Made by a program: the position numbers and the translations under genes. A stretch of 64,000 nt of DNA from Pelomyxa schiedti (Eukaryota; Protista; Evosea), in assembly GCA_020536535.1 (NCBI GenBank), contig JAHLWZ010000720.1:1-64000 (forward strand), written 5' to 3'. Positions 24,529-36,300 of this stretch are shown here, piece after piece. The notes beneath the pieces were generated by a model that worked only from the letters and a program-made list of their open reading frames with translations, ran no database searches and was not told the DNA's origin. Within the stretch, counting starts at the first letter, position 1, and every line of letters begins with the position of its first letter.

Positions 24529-26135
24529 TCATGAATCGTTTTGTAGAAAGCGGCTCAACATAGTGGCTATATCTGCCGCATGAAAAAGGAGGGCTCTGGC
24601 ATAGCTACAAGAGGGGCATTCCCTGCAGATAGTACAGTGCCCCACATACACAGAAGCCAGAAGCTCCCCTTGAGCATCCACAATTGGGTAACTCTCCCAG
24701 TGAATTGGCGTAGTGGCCCCAGTAATGGGAGCCACAATAGACCAAACTGAAGCCGAGCACTGATTGTTAACCAAGTGCGCTTGTGCTTCCCAAAATACAC
24801 CTTGGGATTCTTTCTCTACATAGGTCTCACCCCAATCCAACTTTTGAAGCTTGATTGCTTGGGCAGTTTGGGAGATGGCTTGCGCAACCCAACAGTTTAA
24901 ACAAACTGGTTTGCAATTCTGGTGTATCTTGAGAACGCTCTTCATTTGGAAAAAGGGGATACCTGATCAACAATCAATAAATGAAACTGCTGGAAGGACA
25001 GTTCAATAACTTCTAATACTTGTCTGATACAAGCCAAAGGGTCATTTGGAATAGGAGCTCCAACTGTACACGGCGAAGCTGGGGTGAAGACTGTTGGTGT
25101 GCATGGTGACATCGGACCTGATACAGAAAGAGGAAGAGCAGGCGACATGGCCATGGGAGACAAAGGTGAGAATGCGGGCTCAGGTTCTGGGACATGGGGT
25201 GTTCCCCCACAAGCAATAAAAATGGAAAATACGACTGACGTGCCGGTTTCGTCTTCAGATGACTTAGTGAGATAGGAAGAAAGAAGGGATTTACCAAATT
25301 GGGTCTCTGAATCTACAATTGTACTTCCCGCGGGGATACTAGGAACGCCCGCGGATTCATCGGAATTAATAATAATATTTTGCGGTTGCTCTGTGCTATT
25401 ATTGACATTTCCGAGGTGGGGACCACATGAATTGGTTACTGTACCAACACATGGGTGGTTCCCAGCTGGAGAGGTGGTGTTGCTTCTGGACTGTGTTGTG
25501 TGAGATTCTGGAGTTTGAGGAGTGCCAGTGCGTGTGCTGGTGCTTGTGCTTCTGCCAAAGTGGCTGTTGTCGATGATTGTGCTGCTTCCAAAATTGGTTG
25601 ATGTTGCCGTAGTGCATGATGTGCTTGTTGCATTATTGGATTTATCGTTAGTGAATTTTCGCGGAAAACGTGGCGTCCCGCCTGACTCTGAGTCGCTCGG
25701 CTGGTTGTTATTGCTTTCACAGCAGAACCGCCGGGGTTCCCCAGAGGCGTCAGAGTCGTCACTGCGCGGAGAATCAACGTCGTCATTGTCGCGGGCATCA
25801 TTTACACTGACATCGCGGTATTTAATAATAGTAGTGGCGGCAGCAGAGACTTCCTCTGCCGCCGCTGTTGCAGTTGCAGTATCGCCGTTTCGTTTGCCTT
25901 CGGCCGCGCGGTGTGCATCACCGCCGGTGTCGAGCGACAAATCGCTGCAACGATCTTTGGCGTCCGCGCCGCTGCAACTGTAGCTGCTCAGATCGCGGGC
26001 CAGCGGCGAAGGCGGCGTGCACGCGCGGCACACGTCGCGCGTAGGAGATCCGGGGTGCGGAGGGGGGCCTTCGCTGCAGATCTTGGGCACACTGGGATCT
26101 GGGTTGTATTCCCTTGGGGGCGACGGTTTACGCAT
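24529..26135 (-). CDS. Hypothetical protein: S/T/P-rich N-terminus, Cys-rich C-domain
   Basis: Two long ORFs joined by a short intron near 24920-24962. Confidence 0.65.
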
Positions 26136-26371
26136 CGTGTGCCGTGGGCGATTTGTTTTTTAAAAAAACAGAAATTTAACTTAGCTGAGAGCTTCGAAGT
26201 TCGTCAGTTCAGCGATTTTTTTTTTGTAATTGCGCGATCCCTCTAAAAATAGAACCATCCATTCATCCCTGTTTAGTAAGGGAAAATTGTACTTGGCTTT
26301 TTCTTGCCTCGGCACAGCATTGTGACTGGTTTTGTTGTTTTCAACAGGAACTATTTTAATTTCGTTTTCGT

Positions 26372-27665
26372 CTAATAGATAGAGAGTGAGCTGAATACAG
26401 CATTGCCATTGTTGCAATTTGTGCTGTAGTCACATGGGGGGATATCCAGCCATGCCATGTCAGATGCGTACTGGCCCCAGCTACTCATCACAAGTGTCAT
26501 TCCATCCTTGAGTGGCTGTGTGAGCTGCGAGAGATAGCTGCTGCCACAGTCCGCATGTTCTATTCGGAACTGATTGAAGCCTTGGCTTAGAATAGTAACG
26601 ATATTAACCTGTGGAGGGAGTCGATTGTTAGCCGGTGCAATTGAACAATTCTGTGGGTGAGAGAATAGATACCAGGTTGGTACCGTCAGATACGAAAGTA
26701 ATATTGACTTGGAACGCTTGCTGGGTGTTGATGGTGTAGCCGGTGCCTGGACCATATGCGGTGGTCGACAGTTTGTATGTATTTTTGCCGCAACCACCAC
26801 CTAGTGTTCAGTCAGTTGCTTAGTTCGTTGAATATTTCCAGTTGTTATACCGTCACAATAGTAGTATGGATATGTTGTCTGATCGCACTTATGGGGAGTA
26901 ATATCAAAGGCATATGCATTGGCTTCCATAATATCCATTTCTGCACTGCGTTAAGTAGACCGGATTTTATTGAAATTTACCAGGGCAGTATATCCCGCAG
27001 ACTTTATTGGCATCACAGTAGTAGTCTCCTAATATACTATTAACTGGAAACAAGTACTCTTTAAAAGAATACCGCAAGTTGTGGGATCGGGGGTATATCC
27101 GTTGTAAGCGGGCATCTGTGCGAGATAAAGAGCCAAATTGCAAGCACAGCCAATGGCGCTGAGGTCAACAGTGTATGATACAGTCTTTCCGAGAAGGGAA
27201 AACATTCTGAGCGCAACAAACACGTCTGTGTGTCAGAGAAGTAGAAGTTCATACTCCACTTACCTCCAAATTGTGGGACCGAAAGCTGTGGGGCACCCCG
27301 TAGCCAAATAAACCCTAGGGCCATGTCCCAACTTCAAAGAAGTCCCCGTTGGCCACACATTGCCCCATGCTCCATTGGATTCAACCACAGAAAGGTACCT
27401 AGACATGGGTGAGGGAATTTAAACAAAATCCTGTCTCTTTGGCTCAAAAAAAAAAAAAAAGGAATGAATAAAATCAGGGGTTGTTGAAACTCACTCGGGT
27501 TTCCCATCAACAGACACAGTGAGAGTGCCTGCACTAACGTCGTTTACACAGTCACCTGTACATGAAGTTATGGGACTCCCAAATCCACAACAGCAAACAG
27601 AAAAACTAACCTCCCACAAGCGCCACGAAGGTGGCAGCCAGCAACACCAAGATAACCGACTTCAT
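26372..27665 (-). CDS. Secreted glycoside hydrolase family 7 (cellulase/endoglucanase)
   Basis: Signal peptide MKSVILVLLA; YTVDLSAIGCACNLALY, YYCDAN, catalytic EMDIMEAN, TPHKC, GMTLVMSSW and MAWLD. Confidence 0.9.
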
Positions 27666-27861
27666 GTTGTTGAAATTTTATCTTTTTTCTGTTTCCGTCG
27701 TTTCACTTTCTTTATGTTCACCGTTTGGAATTTTGACACACAGATGGAAGAAGACGAGTGAAAAAAAGGAAGAAAACTTGTAGATGAGGGTCACAAGTGA
27801 AAGAAAGTGTTTACATTGACAACACAACACAACCAACAAACGGCTTCTTTGGTTGTTGTGG

Positions 27862-29942
27862 TCACATACCAACAACACACAAAAGGTGCATTGCACCAAA
27901 CACCAGGACAGTGTTGGCCCTCAGATAGTCAAAGTCAATAGTGTCATAGGTGTCAGTCTTAGCATGATGATTGGGATTAGCAAGTTGGCCGTGTGGCTCC
28001 AGCCTTGGTTCCCCAAGTCCGGTGCTGCAGAAGAATTCCGCAGGAAAACTGAGGAAGTCAGAGAGCCCGGCAAAGCGGCCGTGATGTGAAATGAGTGTGA
28101 GTGGTGTGTCCAAATGGGGGGAGCATATTTGCTCCAATGCGATCTGGTAGATAGGCTCAAGTGTGGGATGGGGTTGCTTGAGTGCAATGGCCCAGGAGTT
28201 CTCGTGGTTATATCTGCTTGTGGTGTTATTTTTTTTGTTTTGTTTTGTTTTGCTTTGGGAGCTAACCCGGCCATGTCCACTGTATGTACACTATGTATTT
28301 TCTGGAAAACTGATGGAACCAAAGAGCGGAGGAAGCTTAAACGTATGTTTGCTTAAGCAAAATAGGCAAAAGGATACCTTGCAAATTCCTCACTGCCGTT
28401 CAATCCTGTTTCTTCCAAATCAAAAAATACAAACAGTAGTGGTCTCTGGAGGAGTAAAACTTCATTTACTGGGGTGGGATTTTTACTGTTCTTATTGCCA
28501 TTCTGTTGATAGCTAAAGCCACTTGTAGTACCAAGGCAACACCTTGTTTTGAAGGAAATTTATTTCTTGGGAAAAAAAAAATGTGATGAAATTGTTGATG
28601 CATACCAGTGCCATTGTCATCTGCTCCATGACAATTGACGGAATCGTAGTGTGCCCCCAAAACAATAACTGCAGCATGTTAGAGGCAATCAACATTTGCC
28701 ATAACTGGGTGTAATACCTTCAGAGGAGCTTTTTTCAGAAGTAACAGTGGCAGGAATTATCCCAAATAGATTGGCTCCCTTTTCAGCCACCAGGCAATGT
28801 CTTATAGGTTTGATTCCATGACGTTCCATGATACTTGACAATTTGTTGACAACTTCCACTCGGTTATTAAGCCATTGCCTGTCTACGAGTGGCTTCCCAC
28901 CAGCTTGGATTGGTGTCACACCTGAGAGCCAAGAAAGTGTTTGCCTGAGATTGTCTCTCCAATCCTACCAAAGAGAATAAGTAATTTGATTACAGTATTT
29001 AACAACTTCTTCCAACAATTCTTCCAGTGTGAGTGTGCCTGTTGAAGTCTTTGACAGTGCCTCAATAATCTCAGCTTGTTTGTAGTCCCTCTCTATGCTC
29101 GGTATTGATGGCTGACCCGGATCTGCAGCAGTGGATAGATCCGTCGGGACAAGGCTTTTATTACAGAGAGGCGTGGTTTGTTCCACGACTGGGCTTGCGG
29201 TCTCTGTTTGGTTAAAGGTCATAGCTGATGTCAAAACTTCATCACAGATAACTTGGATACTCTGTATTGCGGTTACCAAAAAAATTGGTGAAGGACACAT
29301 CAGTGACAAACCTCCAACGGTGGGACAACAGAACAAGCAAAACACCATCCATCAATTCGCGGAGGTTCCTGCATCAGGAATTTAACTGACAGCATTACAC
29401 AGTGCGGAAGCACTCCCATGTTACTTTCACCATCAATAGTGGGATTCACAGTCGGAGGAATAGCTAAAAATTCACAGTCAAAACCCAAAAAAGTAAAAAT
29501 AGGCAAAAAAAAGATTGGGCACACCGTTTGCGTGTTTCACAGCACAAATACTGCAGAAATTGATGCCGCAATCCAGGCACACCCATAATTCCACCCCGTC
29601 AGCGTGGCCCAGAGGGCACAAATCGCACCCGCGGTGCAGCCACGACCCGAGCCCATCGTCCTCGAGCCACTTCATGAGTTCGTTCTCTGGGGTGTTTTTT
29701 TCCCAACGCCGGCGCCTCTCGGCCAATTCTGCCGCCGAAGGTGGAGCTGCAGCCGAAGCTGTCGAACTTGGTGGCGGCGGCGGCGACGAGGGCTCCTCAA
29801 CCGCAGTTGCTGATGACGTGGATGACGCGCAAGTTACGTTTTGGTGCCTTTCTAGATGGGCAACGTGCGGGCACGCACTGCGTCGCAGGCTCGTAGTCGT
29901 GGTCGTGGTGGGAACAGAAATCGGCCCTTCCGATGCGGACAT
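27862..29942 (-). CDS. zf-UBP-like zinc finger + M28 metallopeptidase
   Basis: CPHV, CDLC..WVCLDCG..C...H, WCFAC; GAHYDSV, GADDNGTG, FDLEETGLNGS, VDM and NPNHHAKTDT. Confidence 0.75.
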
Positions 29943-30064
29943 TCTCTCTTCGATTCTTCACTTTGTTCAAACGAAAAAAAAGAAGGGAAAAAAAACAGGG
30001 GAGGGCAATAACTTGTGGTGGTTTTTTTTCGTGCCATGGAATGACAGCAGTGACCCAACTTGAC

Positions 30065-32106
30065 TCAGTGGCTGTTTTGGGTGGAGGTGAACTGGACCTT
30101 GCGGGGTCTTTTGGTGGAGGTCAGTTGATGCGATGGAGCCTGTGGCGTCGACGGGGGGCTGCGCTTGCGGGTTTCAGTTGCACAAGTGGTGGTGGTGTCG
30201 TGAGATTGCGTTGTGCTTGTACTTGTGGTTGTGGTTGTAGTTGCGGCGGCAGTTGTGCTACTGGACGAGGTGCTCGTTGTGGATTGTGGGTCTGTTTTGG
30301 TTTTGGGTTTGGGTTTTGCTTTTGCTTTGGATTTTGTTTTTGCTGGTGTTACTATGGGTTCTGCTTTTTCTTTTGGTTTTGGTTTTGGTTTTGGTTTTGC
30401 TTTGGGTTTTGTTTTTGCTGCTGTTGTGGGAAGTGGGGAAGGTGATGTGGACTGGAGTGGCGGAGTTACATGAGATGAGGGAATTTGGTTGGTGATTGTG
30501 GAATGGTGGGATTTCCTAACAAAGCAGGCCACAAAGAATCCAGTTGCTTGATCCTCCTTTGGATCCACGCGGATGCAATTTTCCGCTTGCGTGAACAGAG
30601 GCAACCCCCTGTGGGGCCAGCTTGGGAGCACCTTTTCGAGTTCAAAGGGTACGGAACTGCTGGCTCCAGTAATGTCAGTGGCATTTTCGCCAGTTAGTGC
30701 CCAACGAACTACATCCTCGTTTTCCTCTTGGTGAATGGAGCATGTGGAGTACACAACCCGTTGAACATTGGGGAAGGACAATGCGTGCCGGAGTATGAGC
30801 AACTGAAATTTGCGTAGTTGTCTCAGCCTAGAGAGATCTGGCTTTTCTTCTACTGTCTGTAGTTGCATTTCTGGCCTGTCTAGCATCCCAGAACCTGAAC
30901 AGGATGGGTCAACAAGAATCTAGTGCTGAATGTTAATTCAAGGCAAAAAAGTGGGAGGGGGGTACATGGGTAACAGAAGAATATTGCTTGTCACGTGGTG
31001 AGACTTTAATGAAATCTTGGCACGTTGCAGTCACATTCTTTACGCCGCGTTGTTCAAGTAATTTTAGCATCATATCCAATCTTTTTTTGTCTTTGTCAAA
31101 AGCATAAATCTTCCCCTATAAATCCTCTTGTAAGAAAGGGTGACACTGTCAGAGAAAACAATCATATCACAAAATTGATAAGACAATTAAATTTATCTGT
31201 TTCATCGCCAAAGCAATACCGTATTGTTCATTATGGCAGCCAGGTGTGAAGTCTTGTTTCCAGGAGCTGAACATGAATCGATGACATGACTTCCTTGTGG
31301 CGGGTTGAGCACCATTGCAGGAATGCAGCTTGGTTTGGATTGAATAATCAGACTCCCCTTCTTTACTGCCTTGAAAGTGTGGACCTTCGCATCAGGTGCG
31401 AAGTGGAGTAATTCGGGTATATCACTATCAACTGTGGCCTATGGCAGTGTGGCAGAGTAAACAACTCTCTTCGCAGAGTATCAAGCATACCAATTTTGAT
31501 GAAAATGTGGCCATCAGTGATGAAACACTAGTCATAAGAGTATTCACACGAGCACACTTAGGAACGGGCTTTGCTGGCAAATTTTCAGCCTGGTATTTTG
31601 CAAAAGCTTCCCTTATTTCTTTTTCGTGCCTCAATACCTCCTGAGTTACGTGAATCAAAAGAAATAAAACGATAAACAAAGTAGGCTCTATACCAAACCC
31701 CAAAAGCGAAATCGAAAAGAAAACGAAATAGAACCGTCTAATAGACCGATAGAACTCGCAGTACCTTCTCCAGAGATCCATTGCTTCTAATGCCACCGCC
31801 CAAAAGCATGTCCCTCACAAGAACCAACACCATTCCATTTCTAAACGCCGTTCTTTCATCCATATTCCCCACAGTTTTCGCTCTGCCCCCAGAACCTCCC
31901 ATAACCCCGGCTCCGCCACTCAGCAGCCCGGTGTCTTTAAGGCAATCGCAGAGGACCTTCTGGCACTTGGCCGTCTCGGCCACGACGGCGTAGCACCCAC
32001 GAGGATTCCTCACCCCAGGGGTAGAAAACGCCAAAGTACGCGGTGTGCCTTTGAACATTAAAACCCCGGCCATGATCTTGGCTGCGTCGCGGTACATCAT
32101 CGCCAT
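30065..32106 (-). CDS. NSUN5: 28S rRNA m5C methyltransferase NSUN5/Rcm1
   Basis: ARVNTL, IDSCSAPGNKTSHL, ILVDPSCSGSG, VVYSTCSIHQEENEDVV and GFFVACF. Confidence 0.92.
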
Positions 32107-32273
32107 GAGTGACGTCCGGCAAAACTACAATTAAATAACCCAAGTAAATTAAAAACCGAAACTGATGAATAGCTAAAGAGCTAACGGTTAGACCGTTTCA
32201 AAAAAAAAAAAGCGTGCTAAAGAGACTTTTTGGTTTATTCCTACTTTAAGGTTTGTATTAGGTGTGTTAACAA

Positions 32274-33164
32274 TCAGGATGCTGTTGGACAGAATCAGTA
32301 ACACTGGAAGATTGAGACGGGAAAAGGTACCATTTCCGCCACTGTTCATTGCTAGTTCCACCAACTCTGCTTTGTGCAATTCGTCTTGTTGGTCAACCGA
32401 CCGCAGTACTTCCGCGGCACTGGATTCTTGTTGCTCACCCGCAATTAGTAGCTCATCAAGAACAAGGTATGCCTTGAGTGGGTAAGTATAGTGAAGTGGA
32501 ATAGCTTTGATTCCCTACTCTTGAAAAGTCATAGATAAGGTCAAGTTCTGTAACGTTACCAAAGTATTTATCCAAAATAAAAACTGTTCGTGAATTAATA
32601 AAGTGTCATAGAGGGATGGAGGTCACAAAGAAAAGTAGGGGAAAAAAATAGGAAGGAAAATAAATTGTTGCACAAGTAGAAAATATTAACTTAATTAATC
32701 CTCGTATACCAAAACGATGAATGAGTTCGAGCGTTATGAGTTCGTTGTCAGATTTGTCAACACAGAGTACAAAGTATAAACTGGCATATCTTTGTTGAAA
32801 CAGTTATACTGGAAACCACAAAGTAGCCAGTGTGCAATGCTAAAAAAAAAGGCTGTGCACCTTTTATACACTACAGTAAATTCCCTCCATTCAATGAAAT
32901 TACACATCGAGGAGCTTCTGTGAGTGACTTGAACAGCCAGTTCTTTAATAATGCGTTCCCTCTCCTTCTGTTGATATGGAACATACCTTCATTGTAGTTT
33001 ACAAATCAAAGAGGGAGATTCGATGGGGAAACCCCAAACCATTTGGAGAGTCTCGTTTTTCCCTGCCTGTTGAGCATCAAGAAGAATTTGATCTGCCATT
33101 TTATGCACGTGAGTTTGGCGTCCGAGTTAAAAAAAAAAAAAAAAAAAAAACGTCGCACCGTCAT
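32274..33164 (-). CDS. Adaptor protein complex small (sigma) subunit, AP-1-like
   Basis: IKFFLMLNRQGKTRLSKW, MCNFIEW, YASLYF, DNELITLELIH, YFGNVTELDL and AYLVLDELLIAGE. Confidence 0.9.
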
Positions 33165-33338
33165 CTTCGCTGTGTTGATGATGATGGAAAAACAAAAAAA
33201 AAAACAAGGCAGATTAGAACTTTGGAAAAATGGAACCGAAATGCCTTCAATCGAAACAAAAAACAGAAAAACACCAAGGGTGGTAGGCCATGCAACCAGG
33301 CACCGGGCGAACGACAGCGGAATGTCGTATTTTCCCAG

Positions 33339-36300
33339 ATGGCGCTTTTCAGTGTTGGGAATCTCAGGGCTACAATACTGCGTTCGTTTCCTTTTTTTTT
33401 TTTCCTTACATTTTGTTTGTTTTGCACTTTTTGTTTTCTTTGGGCACTTGTAACTGAGGAAAAAGTGTCGAGTACTTGAGGGGCTTGAATATGGGCAGTG
33501 AGGCACCAGAATTTTGTGGTATTCCACACCCTCAATTTCGTACCCCTCCTGATTCATTAAGATAACATACGACAATTTTATTTGGAGCTGGGGAATGCTG
33601 TTGTTACCAGTGAACTTTCTACTGCACAGGCTATCTCTGCACTTCAAGCGGAACCAATTGTGTGTCAATGCCACTTGTGGTTTCATACCAACAAAAAAAA
33701 AAAAGGCTTCACCAGAGGCTCCATCTTTGTTAGCGGATGTGTTGTGGCTGATAGGTACACCTTCACAAGTAAAGCATATCTTAGTTTCGAACAGCCCTTA
33801 AACTGGACAACATTGATGATAAAAACTGCAAAAAGCTTTTAATAGCTTTCAGCAAAGAACTCATAGTACGAATCCAAGCAATATTTGCCATAATTAATTA
33901 TGGCTGCTGAAGGGTATTCATGCTGTCAGCCCAGCCATTTTAAAGGAGAGAATGGAACCAGAATTCCTGGAGGCTATGGGCTGGACAACAAAAAAAATTT
34001 ACGAGAGAAACACTATCAGAGTCAATGCTTCAGAAAGGTACATCATATAAACAGGCTGTGTGACACTTCACAAATGTTTCCTAGTATGTCACATCAAAAG
34101 GTGATGCTACTGCGTGAAGAGCCTGCAGGATATGCAAGACTTATAGCAGAATTAGATGGTGGTGTCACACTGGCTCCAGAGACTCTAAGTGATTTAATTT
34201 TCCGTGTTAATTCCCTTATTGGTACTTGATTTTAACCCTAGTCCAAACAATAATTCTTCATAAAGGCACATTTGATCTGGACACAAATAGGGTTTTTGAC
34301 ATCTTGCTTGAAGTGTTCGAGAAAAATCAACAAAACAAGTATTTCATTGATTTCATTGCATCCCTCGGGAAATTGTGTCCTCTTGCCCAACTTCTCTCTG
34401 TCAAATTTCGAAGTTATCAGGTCATGATGTACTGCAAAGTATCAAGTACTGATTTTTCTACAAGATTCCGGATTCCAAGGAAACCACACCAAGATCTTTG
34501 TATGATCTGACGGCTAGATTGTTACAGGCTGGTAGACTCACTCTTGAGGAAATTATTCCAAATGTAAGCCTAATCTGAGAGGGATGGCCATGATGGTTAC
34601 ATGTTTGCAGCTCCGTCCAACGGAGTCTGAAATGCGTACTGCCCACGATTCTTGGCTCGAACAAGCTGTTGCAGCTGCAAAGAAGCTTCGGTCATCTTAC
34701 CCATCTGGTCATCCAGTGGTATCTCTTTCTTTCTGTCACAACCACCCAAGCAATTCTTAGATGGACAAACGTGCTACCAGACCAACAATCACCTATGTTA
34801 TTGAAGGACGGGTGGTATGCCACATTCCTCTTTTCCCTTCCAATCCAACTTTACCAGGAAAATCAAAAACTTAACCTTGTGGAGTCCATGCTGACATTAG
34901 GTGATTATCCAGGAGCTCATCATCTTTTGAATCTTGTTACCCTCCTGATACCTGGTGCTCACCAATCAGTGTGTAACTTTCCCATTGTTCATTTGTAGTC
35001 ATATTATGCCAACAGATAAACCGGCTTCTGTGCCAAAAAATACATAGCCTCATTGAACCTTACTACAGACCTCTTTCTCCAATTCTTCCTGGCAAAGGCG
35101 AAACAGGAATATCAACAGTCTCAATTATTCCTTTGTGTAAAGAGGTTGCTAGAATAGCATTAAATACACTCCATTTTAACACCTCTCAAGGTTTTACCAC
35201 TTGTGAGGCATCTCAAGTGCTACTTGAGTAGTGATGTTGTTCTTTTTTGCAAGCTATGCCGTCTGCTGAAAGAATTCTTAGTTCTGAAAGTTGTTTTATT
35301 CACCAAAATTTCTTTTTTCCTAAAAATAATGTTGTAGGGCCTTGATGATGGTCCAAAACAGATCATCTACAAAGTTGTCAAGGAAGTGTTACTACCTTCA
35401 CTTTCTCTTATACCATCCAATCCTGCTGTGTGTATTGAACTTTGGGACCTTTTGATGAAAATTCCATATCAACAACGGTACTTTGCATTCCTTGATTGGT
35501 CTGCTCACAGCAAAAGATATTCGATGTACAACCATTTAGTGGCTGTTACTTACAAGAAGTATCCCCCTCTGATAATTGCAGCAGCAGAAACCATGAATGA
35601 CTCCAAGCAACAGTTAAAGTAAGAATACTGCACGTTTGAGGGAAAAAACTCATGTTCAGGCGCTTGTCTGCGGAGAACGTTAAAATGGTCGGAAGAAATA
35701 TTGGAAAATTTAGTCATCACAATGCCCTCATATCCCTGGGAACACTTCTTGATCAAGTCGAGGTCAAAAAAGGAATCAGTGTGTGAGATACCAATACATT
35801 TGTAGGTTATAGCCGCTATGGCAACAGTTTCTATCGATGCCCTTAGAAATTTGACTGCTCTGTCATATGACATGTTGTGTTGTATCCTTTCATTTTTTAT
35901 TACCCTTCATTTTGCACTCAATGGACTGGTCTCCACTTAATGGATGACTGGTTACTTCTCGTGCAGACAATCTCTCACATTACATTACCCTACACATTGA
36001 GAGTCCTAATGTGTGGAGTAGTGCACTATGATAAATGAAAATGGACCTAGTGTTTCCTTCACTTTCTCCTAGATCTTATTATAGAACATGTTTCAAGGCC
36101 AAGACAAAAAGTTAAGACAGATGGCGTCAGTAACTCCCAGTGGCTTCAAGGCTTGTCACTCTTTTGTGGGAATGTTTTCAGTCGATGTAAGTTTTCGAAA
36201 TTGGACAATTTACTCATGAAGAAAAAGACACTACTGTACCACTTGAACCACTTCTAGTGTGCGTTATTTGGCAGTTGCGTGATGGGGATAGCTTTGATTT

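Noticed and set aside
30290-30420. TTTTGG-type repeats as telomeric or CRISPR repeats
   Set aside because: They encode the KP/KA-rich NSUN5 tail on the minus strand.
35952-35962. TACTTCTCG as a U2 snRNA 5' end
   Set aside because: The downstream sequence lacks all U2 features and fits an H/ACA pocket better.
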